This document shows, in pieces, positions 10,606 through 21,173 of a stretch of DNA of 64,000 nucleotides. The stretch's first letter is position 1; every line of letters begins with the position of its first letter. The translations under genes were made by a program, and so were the position numbers. The stretch is from Spirochaetia bacterium (GTDB lineage Bacteria; Spirochaetota; Spirochaetia; SZUA-6; Bin103): NCBI GenBank assembly GCA_965199955.1, contig CBDATQ010000001.1, positions 416,001 through 480,000 on the forward strand. The letters are read 5' to 3'. The notes beneath the pieces are model-generated. The model worked only from the letters and a program-made list of their open reading frames with translations. It made no database searches and was not told the origin of the DNA.

Positions 10606-12393
10606 ATGAAGATAGCGGATACGTGGGATCTGGAGTCGATCTTCGCCGGCGGCAGCACGTCGCCCGAGTTTCGGGACTTCGTCGCCGAACTGGAACGCGA
10701 TGTCGCCGGGGCAGGCGAGCGCGTCCGCGCGCTGGACGAGTCGACGACGGACGCCGAGGTCCGCACCGTGCTGCTGGACGCGCAGGCCGCCGAGGAGCGG
10801 CTGGACCAGGTGTTCTCCTTCGCCGAGTGCCTGCGCGCCCAGGACACGGCCGATGCCGAGGCGGTGCAGTGGGTCGGGCGGGTCGACGCGCTGGGGGCGT
10901 CGCTCAAGGCGCTCGGCGCCGCGCTGTCGGCGTTCACGGCCCGGCTCGCGGACGAGCGCTGGCGGACGCTGACGGAAAGCGCCGAGCTCCGCGCGGTGGC
11001 GTTCCTGCTGAGCCGGGAACGCGACCTGGCGCGGCGCAAGCTGGACGCCCGGACCGAGGGGCTGGTGGAGGAGCTGGCGGCCGACGGCTACCACGCCTGG
11101 GACCGCCAGTACACGACGCTCGCGGGCTCGCTGCGGGCCGAGGTGGAGGTGGACGGCGAGTCGCGCCGGCTCTCCATGGGACAGCTCGCCGCCCGCCTGG
11201 AGGAGCCCGCGCGCGCGGACCGCAAGGCCGCGTTCGAGGCGCTGGAGGGCGCGTGGCGACCGGTCGCGGACCTGGCCGCCGGCGCGCTCAACAGCCAGGC
11301 CGGCTTCCGTCTGACCTGGTACCGCCACCGCGGCTGGGACTCCGTGCTCGACGAGCCGCTCTACCTGAACCGGATGGAGGCGCGGTCGCTGGACGCCATG
11401 TGGGCGGCGGTGGCCGACGGGGCGGCTCGCCTGGTTCCCTACCTGCAGGCGAAGGCGCGGCTGATCGGCGTGGATGCTCCCTGCTGGTACGACATGCAGG
11501 CCCCGGTGGGAGCCGCCGAGGACGAGCTGTCCTTCGACGCGGCCGCGACGCGAATCCTGGATTGCTTCGAGGACCACGATCCCGACCTGAGCGCGTTCGT
11601 CCGGCACGCCTACGACGGCCGCTGGATCGAGGCGGCCGACCGCGAGGGCAAGGCGGCCGGCGGCTTCTGCACGACGCTGCCGCTGAGCCGCCAGACGCGC
11701 ATCTTCATGACCTATGGAGGGACCTTCGGCGGCGCGACCACGCTCGCCCACGAGCTCGGGCACGCCCACCACTCCTGGCTGCTGCGCGAGCGTCCCTACT
11801 ACGCGACCTCCTATCCGATGACCCTGGCGGAGACCGCCAGCACCTTCTGCGAGGGACTGCTGATCTCGGCCGCGCTCGATGAGACGACGGACGCCGGCGT
11901 GCGGCTGCGGCTGCTGGACCGGGTGCTGGAGGAGGCGGCCACCATGCTCATGAATCTGCGGTCCCGCTTCCTGTTCGAGATCGACTTCTACCGGGAACGG
12001 GCATCCGGTCCGCTGACGGCGGCGGAGCTGGACGAGCTGATGGTCGGCGCCCAGCGCCGGGCGTTCTGCGACGCCCTGGCGCCGGACGGCTACCATCCGC
12101 TGTTCTGGGCGTCGAAGATGCACTTCTACTTCACCGACGTGCCCTTCTACAACTTCCCGTACGTGGTGGGATACCTGCTGGCCAGCGGCCTGGCCGCGCG
12201 CGCCGCCGACGCGGGCGGTGAGTTCGCGGCCGACTACGGGCGGCTGCTTGCCGACACGGGCGTCATGACCTGCGAGGAGCTCGCCCGCCGCCACCTGGGC
12301 GTCGACCTGGGGCAGCCGGACTTCTGGCAGTCCGCCGTCGATCGTCCCCTGTCCCACGTCGACGAGTTTGTGAGGCTGGCGGCGGGCCCATGA
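10606..12393 (+). CDS. pepF: M3B oligoendopeptidase F family
   Basis: WDLESIF, GKAAGGFCT, TLAHELGHAHH, LAETASTF, FYNFPY. Confidence 0.9.
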   Translation: MKIADTWDLESIFAGGSTSPEFRDFVAELERDVAGAGERVRALDESTTDAEVRTVLLDAQAAEERLDQVFSFAECLRAQDTADAEAVQWVGRVDALGASLKALGAALSAFTARLADERWRTLTESAELRAVAFLLSRERDLARRKLDARTEGLVEELAADGYHAWDRQYTTLAGSLRAEVEVDGESRRLSMGQLAARLEEPARADRKAAFEALEGAWRPVADLAAGALNSQAGFRLTWYRHRGWDSVLDEPLYLNRMEARSLDAMWAAVADGAARLVPYLQAKARLIGVDAPCWYDMQAPVGAAEDELSFDAAATRILDCFEDHDPDLSAFVRHAYDGRWIEAADREGKAAGGFCTTLPLSRQTRIFMTYGGTFGGATTLAHELGHAHHSWLLRERPYYATSYPMTLAETASTFCEGLLISAALDETTDAGVRLRLLDRVLEEAATMLMNLRSRFLFEIDFYRERASGPLTAAELDELMVGAQRRAFCDALAPDGYHPLFWASKMHFYFTDVPFYNFPYVVGYLLASGLAARAADAGGEFAADYGRLLADTGVMTCEELARRHLGVDLGQPDFWQSAVDRPLSHVDEFVRLAAGP

Positions 12394-13469
12394 AGAGCAG
12401 ACCTCCCTGGAGCCGGCCGATCTGCAAGGTGGCAGGCGACTACCTGGCGTGGCCAACGGTCGCGGCCTGCGCGAGCGGGGAGGTCCTGGTGGCCTTCTCC
12501 GGCGACCGCGAGGAGCACGTTTGCCCGTACGGCAAGACGCTGCTGATCAGGAGCGGCGACGGCGGAGAGACCTGGACGGAGCCTGTGATCATCAACAGCA
12601 CGCCGCTCGACGACCGCGACGCGGGCATCGTCGAGCTGGCCTCGGGCACGCTGGTGATGAGCTGGTTCACCTGCGCGACCTGGGAACACTTCGAAGCATT
12701 CCTGGCCCGCGACCGCTGGGAGCCGGCGCAGATCGACGCGTGGGCACGGCACTGCAGCAAGGTCCCGGAAGAGGTCCGCCGCGCCTGGCTGGGAAGCTGG
12801 ACGCGGCGCTCGACCGACGGCGGGCGCACGTGGGAGCCGCCGGTGCCCAGCATCGTCTCCGCCCCGCACGGCCCGGTGCAGGCCGCCGGCGGCGAGCTGC
12901 TGTATGCCGGCACCGCCGAGGTAAACGGCCGCGGCGCGGTGCTGCTGGCCACGTCCGCCGACGAGGCGCGGTCGTGGCAGGTCGCGGGCACCGTCTTGTA
13001 TCTGGAGGACTATCCCGGCGAGCACTCCGTCTTCAGCGAGCCGCACGTGGCCGAGCTGGCCGGCGGCGAGCTGCTGGTCATCCTCCGCACCGACAACGGC
13101 GCGGCGGGGATCCACTCCTGCCGCTCAGGCGACCGCGGGCGCACCTGGTCACCGCCGGAGCCGACCGGGATGATCGGCTTTGATCAGCCCGGACACCTGA
13201 TCCGGCTGGCGGACGGGCGGCTGCTCTGTACCTACGGGCGCCGCAGCGCTCCGTTCGGCCAGCGCGCCTGCCTGTCGGAGGACGAGGGCCGCTCCTGGCG
13301 GCTGGACGCGGAGGTCGTCCTGCGCGACGACGGCCCCAACACGGACCTGGGCTACCCGGCGACCGCCGAGCTCTCCCCCGGCGAGCTGCTCACGGTCTAC
13401 TATCAGGTGGACCGTCCGGGCGAGAAGGTGTGCATCAACGCCACCCGGTGGAGCCTGGACGGTTCCTGA
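12390..13469 (+). CDS. BNR-repeat sialidase-like beta-propeller
   Basis: Several Asp-box motifs (SGDGGETW, STDGGRTW, SGDRGRTW, SEDEGRSW) and DLGYP. Confidence 0.85.
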   Translation: MKSRPPWSRPICKVAGDYLAWPTVAACASGEVLVAFSGDREEHVCPYGKTLLIRSGDGGETWTEPVIINSTPLDDRDAGIVELASGTLVMSWFTCATWEHFEAFLARDRWEPAQIDAWARHCSKVPEEVRRAWLGSWTRRSTDGGRTWEPPVPSIVSAPHGPVQAAGGELLYAGTAEVNGRGAVLLATSADEARSWQVAGTVLYLEDYPGEHSVFSEPHVAELAGGELLVILRTDNGAAGIHSCRSGDRGRTWSPPEPTGMIGFDQPGHLIRLADGRLLCTYGRRSAPFGQRACLSEDEGRSWRLDAEVVLRDDGPNTDLGYPATAELSPGELLTVYYQVDRPGEKVCINATRWSLDGS

Positions 13470-13488
13470 AACGCACTGAGAGGAACCC

Positions 13489-14610
13489 ATGCACCGACCC
13501 TTCGTCATAGACCTGCACCTGGACCTGGCGTGGGATGCCCTGTTCTGGAACCGCGACCTGACGCTCGACGTCGCCGCCATGCGCGCGCTGGAGGAGGCCG
13601 AGCCGCCGCAGGTGTCTCCCGACATCAACACCGGCATCTGCACCGTGACCGTTCCCGAGCTCCGCCGAGGCCGGGTCGGGCTGGTGCTGTCCACCATCAT
13701 GTCGCGCATCCAGTCTCGCGACGGCCACATGCGTGACGGCATGCGCACGCAGGAACAGGCGATGGAGATGGGCCGCGGCCACCTGGCCTACTACCGGACC
13801 CTGCACAAGCGCGGGCTGTTCAAGCCGGTCCTGGGCGTCGCCGACCTGGACGAGGCGCTTGCCACGTGGCGCGATCCGGACGACGAGGCCGCCGCCTCGG
13901 CTCCCATCTACCACCTGCTCTCCATGGAGAGCGCCGACCCGATCGAGGACCCGGACGACGTCGCCTTCTGGTGGGATGCCGGCCTGCGCGTCGTCGGGCC
14001 CGCCCACTTCGGCGACAACACCTACATCCACGGGACCGGCACCGAAGGCGGCCTCAAGCCCCCGGCCGCCGATCTCTACCGGGCCATGCGGGAGGCCGGC
14101 ATGATCCTGGACATCACCCACATGGCCGACCAGGCGGTGTGGGAGTCGTTCGAGCTCTGGGACGGTCCGGTGATGGCCTCGCACTGCACCTGCCGCGCGC
14201 TGGTGCCGGGGCAGCGCCACCTGCATGACGACATGATCAGGGAGCTTCTGCGCCGCGGCGGCATCATCGGCCTGGTGTTCTGCCAGTCTTTCATCGATCC
14301 CGAGATCGAATGGGAGAACCGGCGCCGGATGCACGAGTCCGGCTGGAAGCCCGGGTACGCGATGGACGGCCTGCTTCCGCACGTGGAGCGCATCGCCGAC
14401 CTGGCCGGAGGCGCGATCGCCAACATCGCCATCGGCACCGACATGGACGGCGGCTTCGGGGCGGAGCTCACGCCGACCGACGTCGACACGATCGCCGACG
14501 TCGGCGGCTTCGGTCAGGTCCTGCGCACGGCGGGATACGGACAGGCGGACGCCGATGCGATCCTGCACGGCAACGCGCTGCGCTTCTTCCGCGACTCGTG
14601 GGCTGATTGA
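13489..14610 (+). CDS. M19 membrane dipeptidase family
   Basis: IDLHLD, MESAD, LDITH, ASH, IGTDMDGG, GNALRFF. Confidence 0.9.
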   Translation: MHRPFVIDLHLDLAWDALFWNRDLTLDVAAMRALEEAEPPQVSPDINTGICTVTVPELRRGRVGLVLSTIMSRIQSRDGHMRDGMRTQEQAMEMGRGHLAYYRTLHKRGLFKPVLGVADLDEALATWRDPDDEAAASAPIYHLLSMESADPIEDPDDVAFWWDAGLRVVGPAHFGDNTYIHGTGTEGGLKPPAADLYRAMREAGMILDITHMADQAVWESFELWDGPVMASHCTCRALVPGQRHLHDDMIRELLRRGGIIGLVFCQSFIDPEIEWENRRRMHESGWKPGYAMDGLLPHVERIADLAGGAIANIAIGTDMDGGFGAELTPTDVDTIADVGGFGQVLRTAGYGQADADAILHGNALRFFRDSWAD

Positions 14611-14654
14611 CCCGCTGACCGCCCGCTCTCCGCACGACCCCCGAGCCGGATCGC

Positions 14655-14831
14655 TTGATCGACCTCGTCGCCCAGATCTTCTTCTCGGCGCTGTTCGCGG
14701 TGACCGGCGCCGGCGGCGTGATCGGCACCGCATTGATGGCGTACGTGATCCTGCGCGAGCGCCCGCGCGGGCTCCGCGGGCTCGGCGTCGGCGTGGCGGC
14801 AGCCGCGCTGGTCCCGCTGCAGGTGAACTGA
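14655..14831 (+). CDS. Small hydrophobic protein (58 aa), possibly a fragment
   Basis: TTG start, MIDLVAQIFFSALFAVTGAGGVIGTALMAYVIL...; GC3-biased codons; fills the intergenic gap. Confidence 0.45.
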   Translation: MIDLVAQIFFSALFAVTGAGGVIGTALMAYVILRERPRGLRGLGVGVAAAALVPLQVN

Positions 14832-14885
14832 GCGCGAACGGCCGCGTGGTACGCTCTGTGGGCGTTCGGAGGTACGGGTTCCGTC

Positions 14886-16421
14886 ATGCATGAGATCGGC
14901 AGCGACAAGCAACTGTTCATCGACCACCGGTTCATCGAGTCGTCCGAGCACGTGAAGCTGGTCGTCAATCCGCCCGTCAAGCGCGAGGGCGCGGTGCTGC
15001 GGGCCGACTGCCCGTGGGACCGGTTCGCGCTGGGGTGGTACAGCATCGTCGACGACGGCGGCACCTACAAGATGTGGTACTACGGCGCGGAGCGCGACCC
15101 GCGGCCCACCCACATCGAGGGCGAGGCGAGGCCCCTCGGCCACCTGACCGGCTACGTCGTTCCGGCCGGCACCCCGCGCGCGAGCCTGCCCGTGCCGGGC
15201 CGCTACCGCCTCTGCTACGCCGAGTCGCACGACGGCCTGGAGTGGGAGAAGCCGGAGCTGGGCCTGGTCGAGTTCGACGGCTCGAAGCGCAACAACATCG
15301 TCGGCGGGGACTTCAAGCTCGCCTACGTCTTCCTGGACCCGCACGGCCCGGAGTCCGAGCGCTTCAAGCTTATCCACTGGACCGGGCCGGGCATCGCGGT
15401 CACCACCTCCGCCGACGGCCTCCGCTGGGACCGGCCGTCCCGGCAGGTGAGCATGCTGGCCGCGGACACGCAGAAGATGGCGTGGTGGGAACCCCGACTG
15501 AACCGCTACGTCGTCTACCTGCGCGTGATGGTGGAGGAGGACAACCGGCCGATGTTCCCGTTCGTGGAGCCGATCGACAGCGATCCGCCGGTGGTGGCGC
15601 CGAAGCTGCTGCGCCCGGTGCGCGCGGTCGGCCGGGTCGAGGTGGACGACCTCCTGTCCCCCTGGCCGGAGGAGGAGGTCCGCACCGTCTTCGCCGCGGA
15701 CGAGCACGACCCGCCCGACTCCGACATCTACACGCATGGGCTCTACCGCTATCCGTACGCGGCCGACGCCTTCTTCATGTTCCCAATGACCTACCAGCAC
15801 TTCCGGGAAGGCGAGTCGCCGGTGCGCAACGACGGGCTCAACGACAGCCAGTTCGCAGCCAGCCGCGACGGCATCCACTGGATGCGGTACGACCGCCGTT
15901 CCTACCTGCCGCGCGGCGTGGCGGGCGATCCCGACTGCGGGCAGACCCACACCAGCGAGTTCCACTTCCGCGACGGCAACCACCTGTACCAGTACTATGG
16001 CGCCGGGCCCTGGACGCACGGCGGCTTCCGCCGGCTCGACCTGGCGCAGCGCTCGGACCCGGCCAACCAGGGGCGCGGCTTCATCAACGTCGCCCGCCAG
16101 CGGCTGGACGGGTTCGTGTCCGCCGACGCGGACTACACCGGCGGCACGCTGACCACGCCGCCGGTCGTCTTCAGTGGCCGGGAGCTGACGCTGAACGTCG
16201 ACGTGGCCGCCATGGGCGAAGCGCGGGTCGAGCTGCAGGGCGCCGATGGCCGCCCGCTACCGGGGTTCTCGGTGGACGAGTGCGACCGAGTGATGGTCAA
16301 CGACGTCGCCCACACCGTAAGCTGGAACGGTAACCGGGACGTGCACGACCTGGCTGGCCGGCCGGTGCGGCTGAAGGTCGTGATGCGGGCAGCGAAGCTG
16401 TTCGCGTTCCAGTTCTCATAG
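14886..16421 (+). CDS. Glycoside hydrolase-like five-bladed beta-propeller protein
   Basis: KQLFID, YKMWY, CYAESHDGLEWEKPELG, ASRDGIHW, RLDGFVS. Confidence 0.75.
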   Translation: MHEIGSDKQLFIDHRFIESSEHVKLVVNPPVKREGAVLRADCPWDRFALGWYSIVDDGGTYKMWYYGAERDPRPTHIEGEARPLGHLTGYVVPAGTPRASLPVPGRYRLCYAESHDGLEWEKPELGLVEFDGSKRNNIVGGDFKLAYVFLDPHGPESERFKLIHWTGPGIAVTTSADGLRWDRPSRQVSMLAADTQKMAWWEPRLNRYVVYLRVMVEEDNRPMFPFVEPIDSDPPVVAPKLLRPVRAVGRVEVDDLLSPWPEEEVRTVFAADEHDPPDSDIYTHGLYRYPYAADAFFMFPMTYQHFREGESPVRNDGLNDSQFAASRDGIHWMRYDRRSYLPRGVAGDPDCGQTHTSEFHFRDGNHLYQYYGAGPWTHGGFRRLDLAQRSDPANQGRGFINVARQRLDGFVSADADYTGGTLTTPPVVFSGRELTLNVDVAAMGEARVELQGADGRPLPGFSVDECDRVMVNDVAHTVSWNGNRDVHDLAGRPVRLKVVMRAAKLFAFQFS

Positions 16422-16440
16422 TCCGTCGACAGGGGGTGCG

Positions 16441-17457
16441 GTGGTGAGCGATTCGAGGGCATTGAGATGGGCGCTGATCGGCTGCGGTTCGGCAGGGCGC
16501 GAGCATGCGCGCGGCGCGGCGGCGGATCCGGACGTCGCCGTGCGCGGCTTCTGTGACATTGAGCCCGCCTCCGCGGCGGCCATGGCGGGCGAGCACGACG
16601 GCGCCTGGCACACGACCGATCCCGCACGGGTCTTCTCCGACCCGGAGATCGACCTGGTCTCCATCGCCACCGCGCACGACTCGCACGCCGAGTTGGCGAT
16701 CGCGGCGCTGCAGGCAGGCAAGCACCTGTTCCTGGAGAAGCCGATGGCCATGACCTCGGCCGACTGCCTGCGGATCGAGGCGGCGCGGTCGGCCGCGGAC
16801 CGGCGCCTGATGCTCAACCACTCGATCCGCTTCTCCGGTGCGGCGCGGGCGATCCGCGAGCGGCTCGGCCCGGTCATGGTCAGCCACGGGCAGTGCACGA
16901 TGGCGCCGGCCGACCTGCGGCGATGGCGCTGGCATCCGACACAGGGCGGCGGGACCGTGTACGACGTGGGCGTGCACGCCCTGGATCTGCTGTGCTGGAT
17001 GCATCGGGACCACCCGGTCGAGGTCTACGCCACCGGCGGCGCGGTGCGCCATCCGGAGGAGCTGCGCGGCACCGGCCTGCTGGACACCATCGCGGCGACG
17101 CTGCGCTTCGCGGACGGCGGCGCGGCCACGTTCCTGATGGCCGATTCGGGCCAGAACGAGCTGACCGGCAAGTGGTTCTTCGAGTTCTTCGACGGTTCGG
17201 CGTCCGCGGTGCTGCACGAGCACTTCAAGGCGGCGACGATCACCCGCCGGGATCCGGACACCGGCCAGGACGACTCGGAGACCCTGCGCCCGGGACCGGC
17301 CGCCCGCTTCGCGCCGCTGGTCGCCGCGATCCGCGACGGCACCGAGACGCCGGTCGGGCCGGCGGAGGGCATCCGTACCGCGCTGGTGGTGGAGCGCATC
17401 CTCGAATCGATCGCGACCGGGCGGCCGCAGCCCTGGGTGGGTCCGGGCTCGGCGTAG
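16441..17457 (+). CDS. Gfo/Idh/MocA oxidoreductase
   Basis: LIGCG, GKHLFLEKPMA, GGG..D.GVHALD. Confidence 0.9.
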   Translation: MVSDSRALRWALIGCGSAGREHARGAAADPDVAVRGFCDIEPASAAAMAGEHDGAWHTTDPARVFSDPEIDLVSIATAHDSHAELAIAALQAGKHLFLEKPMAMTSADCLRIEAARSAADRRLMLNHSIRFSGAARAIRERLGPVMVSHGQCTMAPADLRRWRWHPTQGGGTVYDVGVHALDLLCWMHRDHPVEVYATGGAVRHPEELRGTGLLDTIAATLRFADGGAATFLMADSGQNELTGKWFFEFFDGSASAVLHEHFKAATITRRDPDTGQDDSETLRPGPAARFAPLVAAIRDGTETPVGPAEGIRTALVVERILESIATGRPQPWVGPGSA

Positions 17458-17581
17458 GGTGCGCGGCCTGCGTGGCCTCGCCGCCGATCGCTCACGAACT
17501 TCTGACAGGACGCTATCGAAACCAGGAGGATCGAGATGGTCTCATCGCCTCCGCAAACCATGTCCATGGAGGACACGTCAA

Positions 17582-19099
17582 ATGAACATCAATACGCATT
17601 CGACACTTCGGGTGGCCGCGCTGGCGGTGGCGGCACTCCTTTCGATCGCCGGCATCGGCTTCGCCGCGCCGGTCGAACTGACCATCGTTCACTTCAACGA
17701 CCTGGATCGGATGGAAGCGAGCGGCGGGCAGGGCGGGATCGCCCGCCTCGCCGCGGTCATCAGGGCCGAGCGGGAGAACCGCGACCACGTCCTGGTCACT
17801 TTCGCCGGGGACACGATCTCGCCGTCCCTGATGTCCGGCTTCGACCAGGGTGCGCACATGATCGAGCTGCTGAACCGGCTGGACCTGACGGCGATGGCGA
17901 TCGGCAATCACGAGTACGACTTCGGGCCGGAGGTCGCCACGCAGCGGTTCGCAGAGGCGAGCTTCCCGATCCTGGGCGCCAACAACATCGACACCGACGG
18001 TGAGATCATCGACGGAGCGCAGGCATCGATACTGGTCGACGTCGGGCCCTTCAAGGTCGGCATCTTCGGCCTCACCACCCTCGGCACCGCGGTCAAGTCC
18101 AGCCCGGGCGGGGTGACCTTCCGCGATGTCGAGGCGGTTGCCGCCGAGCAGGCCGCCGCCCTGCGTGAGGCGGGCGCCAACCTGGTCATCGCCCTGGCGC
18201 ACACCGACGTCACCGAGGATGAGGCGCTGATCGAGCAGGGCGCCGTGGACCTGCTGCTCTCCGGCGACGATCACCTGCTGCGGCTGGACTACCGCGGGGA
18301 CGTGCTGTTCGCCGAATCGAGCGAGCAGGCCGACTGGGTCACGGTCATCGACCTGACGCTGGACGAGGTCGAGAGCCGCGGCAGCATGCGGTTCGTGTGG
18401 AGCCCGGCCTTCAGGATCATCAACACCGCCCGCGTGGAGCCGGACCCGGAGCTGGCCGCGGCGGCTCAGGTCTACCTGGACCAGCTCTCCGAGGAGCTGG
18501 ACGTGCAGATCGGCACCACCTCCACCGAGCTGGACAGCCGCCGCGCCACGGTGCGCGGCACGGAAGCGGCGATCGGCAACCTGATCGCCGATGCCATGCG
18601 CGCGGCGACCGGCGCGGACGCCGCCCTGACCAACGGCGGCGGGATCCGGGCCAACCGGATCTACGAGCCCGGGACGACGCTGACGCGGCGCGACATCCTC
18701 AGCGAGCTGCCGTTCGGCAACGTCACCGTGGTGCTGGAGGTGACCGGCCGCGACATCGTCGCGGCGCTGGAGAACGGACTCGGGAGGATCGAGGATGGGG
18801 CAGGCCGCTTCCCGCACGTCGCGGGGCTCAGCGTGCTCTACGACCCCGGCAAGCCGGCCGGCCAGCGGGTGGTGGAGGTGAGCCGCGACGGCGCCGCGCT
18901 CGACCCGGACGTCACCATCACGCTGGCGACCAACGACTACCTCGGCAACGGCGGCGACGGTTATGACGTGTTCAAGGACAAGGTTCGAGTGATCGACGCC
19001 TACGCCGGGACGCTGATGGCCAGCCAGGTGATCGACTACATCGCCGCCCATGGCTCGGTCGCCCCGGTGGTCGACGGCCGGCTCAAGACGGTCGAGTGA
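17582..19099 (+). CDS. Secreted 5'-nucleotidase / UDP-sugar hydrolase
   Basis: Signal peptide, HFND, AGD, GNHEYDFG, NGGGIR, LPFGN, GGDGY. Confidence 0.92.
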   Translation: MNINTHSTLRVAALAVAALLSIAGIGFAAPVELTIVHFNDLDRMEASGGQGGIARLAAVIRAERENRDHVLVTFAGDTISPSLMSGFDQGAHMIELLNRLDLTAMAIGNHEYDFGPEVATQRFAEASFPILGANNIDTDGEIIDGAQASILVDVGPFKVGIFGLTTLGTAVKSSPGGVTFRDVEAVAAEQAAALREAGANLVIALAHTDVTEDEALIEQGAVDLLLSGDDHLLRLDYRGDVLFAESSEQADWVTVIDLTLDEVESRGSMRFVWSPAFRIINTARVEPDPELAAAAQVYLDQLSEELDVQIGTTSTELDSRRATVRGTEAAIGNLIADAMRAATGADAALTNGGGIRANRIYEPGTTLTRRDILSELPFGNVTVVLEVTGRDIVAALENGLGRIEDGAGRFPHVAGLSVLYDPGKPAGQRVVEVSRDGAALDPDVTITLATNDYLGNGGDGYDVFKDKVRVIDAYAGTLMASQVIDYIAAHGSVAPVVDGRLKTVE

Positions 19100-19195
19100 C
19101 GGCGGCACGGTGGAGCAGAACGGACCGATGGGTGACCGGCCCAGGATCGAGTCCGTGCGCGCAAGCCGCGCGTTCATCCGGAGCGGTCTCGGTCT

Positions 19196-20191
19196 GTGAC
19201 CGCGCCTCTCGCCAGGCGCCGCCTGGGCCGGACGGGTCTGCAGGTGACGGAGCTCGGACTCGGGGGCGTGTTCGTGCGGACGGCCGTCACCGCGCCCGGC
19301 GAAGGAGTGCGGGTCGTGCGGCGGGCGCTGGAGCTGGGGGTCGACTACCTCGACACCGCTCCCCTCTACGGCGATTCGCAGCGGGTGCTGGGCGAAGCGC
19401 TGCAGGACGTCACGGCGCCTTACGCGCTCGGCGCCAAGTGCGGGCGCTGGGACTGGGAGGCCGGCCCGTACCGGTCCCTCGACGCGTTCAAGCGCCAGTT
19501 CGAGCAGACGCAGCGCGATCTGCGGCGCGATGCGGTCGACATCCTGTACATCCACGAAGCGGACTGGGCGCCGTACTGGACGGACATGAGCGTCCCCCGA
19601 ACCGCGCAGTTCCTGGAGGCGGATGCGGAGTACGACTTCGATGGAGCCCCGGTCGCGGCGTTTCTCCGGTGGGTGAAGGACCAGGGCATGACCCGCTTCC
19701 TGGGCATCTCGGGCAACAACGCCCACCTGCTGGCGAAGGTCCTGCGCGAGATGGAAACGCCGATCGACGTGGTGCTGACCGCCTTTCAGTACAGCCTGGT
19801 GTGGCGCAACGCGACGCGCGACCTCATTCCGCTCGCCGCCGAGCTCGACGTCGGGATCGTGCTGGGCGCACCGCTGCAGCAGGGGCTCCTGGCCCAGCCG
19901 CACCCCGAGTGGCTCGACGACCCGCCCGATTGGATGGATGAGGATCTGCGCGACCGCTACGAGCGGCTGTACGCCATCCAGGCCGAGACCGGCCTGAGCC
20001 TCGCCGAGCTTGCGATCCGTTTCCTCCTGCGCGACCGCAGGTTCGCGTCCGTCATCCCCGGCGCGGCGACGATCGAGCAGATCGATGAGAACGTCCGCTG
20101 TGCGACCGCCGGTCCGCTGCCCGACGAGCTGCACGCCAGGCTCGACGCGCTCGGGCGGGTATACGAACCCGAGGCGCGCCTGAAGGGATGA
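19196..20191 (+). CDS. Aldo/keto reductase
   Basis: RRLGRTGLQVTELGLG, YLDTAPLYG, VIPGA. Confidence 0.9.
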   Translation: MTAPLARRRLGRTGLQVTELGLGGVFVRTAVTAPGEGVRVVRRALELGVDYLDTAPLYGDSQRVLGEALQDVTAPYALGAKCGRWDWEAGPYRSLDAFKRQFEQTQRDLRRDAVDILYIHEADWAPYWTDMSVPRTAQFLEADAEYDFDGAPVAAFLRWVKDQGMTRFLGISGNNAHLLAKVLREMETPIDVVLTAFQYSLVWRNATRDLIPLAAELDVGIVLGAPLQQGLLAQPHPEWLDDPPDWMDEDLRDRYERLYAIQAETGLSLAELAIRFLLRDRRFASVIPGAATIEQIDENVRCATAGPLPDELHARLDALGRVYEPEARLKG

Positions 20192-20239
20192 CGGGTATCA
20201 CCACTCGGTCGAACTGACGGCGTTCGAGCGCCGGGCGGA

Positions 20240-21070
20240 TCAGCGGGTTTCGGCGCCGAACTTCCAGATGCTCCTGGCCGTCTCCGCGAACAGCCAGCGC
20301 TTGTCCTCCTCGGTGAGGAACGCCATGTGGTCGCGGAACAGCTCCAGGCCGCGGCCGTAGCCGATGTCGGCGAAGATGTGCGGGAAGTCCGTGCCCCACA
20401 TCAGACGCCGCGGGCCGAAGGCGTCGTAGATCCGCTCGTACACGGCGTGCTGGTCCGTGAACGGATAGGGGCCGGCCGCCCGCGCGGCCTGGGGCGTGAA
20501 CTTCACGTAGACGTTCGGGTACCTCGCCAAGTCGAGGACGTTGCGGAGCAGCGGCTCGGATGGATCCGCTTCGAACAGGGCCCCGCCCAAGTGGTCGAGA
20601 ACCACCGGGACGCCGGGGTGGCGGGCGATGATGGGCTCGACGGCCGGCTGCTTGTCCGCCGGGCCGAAGCTCAGGAAGCTGGCGCCCAGCTCCTCGGCCT
20701 TGCGCCAGATCGGGTCCTGCGATGGAGCGGCCCACTCGGCCGGATCGTCGGCGCGCGACAGGTGCATGCGCAGCCCCTCGAAGCCGTCCTCGGTGACCAG
20801 GCGCTCCAGCCGCTCGACCGCGTCGGGGGCGTTGCGGTCCATGACCGCTATGCCCGAGAACCGGCCCGGATAGCGGGCCAGGCAGTCGGCCGTGTAGCGG
20901 TTGTCGAACAGGTAGTGGATGGACTGGACCAGGCACGCCTTGTCGACGCCGTGCCGCTCCATGGTCCGCAGCAGCAGCTCGACGCTGCCGTCCTGCGACG
21001 GGCCGTCGCCCGCCCACGGATAGCGCTGCGGGTCGTCGCTCCAGACGTGCAGATGGCTGTCGATGATCAT
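20240..21070 (-). CDS. Amidohydrolase_2 family (L-fuconolactonase-like)
   Basis: IIDSHLHVW, VLDHLG, RLMWGTDFP. Confidence 0.88.
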   Translation of the reverse strand: MIIDSHLHVWSDDPQRYPWAGDGPSQDGSVELLLRTMERHGVDKACLVQSIHYLFDNRYTADCLARYPGRFSGIAVMDRNAPDAVERLERLVTEDGFEGLRMHLSRADDPAEWAAPSQDPIWRKAEELGASFLSFGPADKQPAVEPIIARHPGVPVVLDHLGGALFEADPSEPLLRNVLDLARYPNVYVKFTPQAARAAGPYPFTDQHAVYERIYDAFGPRRLMWGTDFPHIFADIGYGRGLELFRDHMAFLTEEDKRWLFAETARSIWKFGAETR

Positions 21071-21173
21071 GCGAAGTTTCCCGCCCGCAGCATATATCGC
21101 GGCGCCGGGACGCGGCCATGCCGGCGGTGCTACGCTGGACGAGCCCGCAGAGTTCGAGAAAAGGACGGAACGG

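Noticed and set aside
17513..20134. Very long antisense ORFs (also 53535..55949, 48295..50244, 10483..12456, 24677..26503)
   Set aside because: Shadow frames expected from high GC3 codon bias opposite genes with clear motifs
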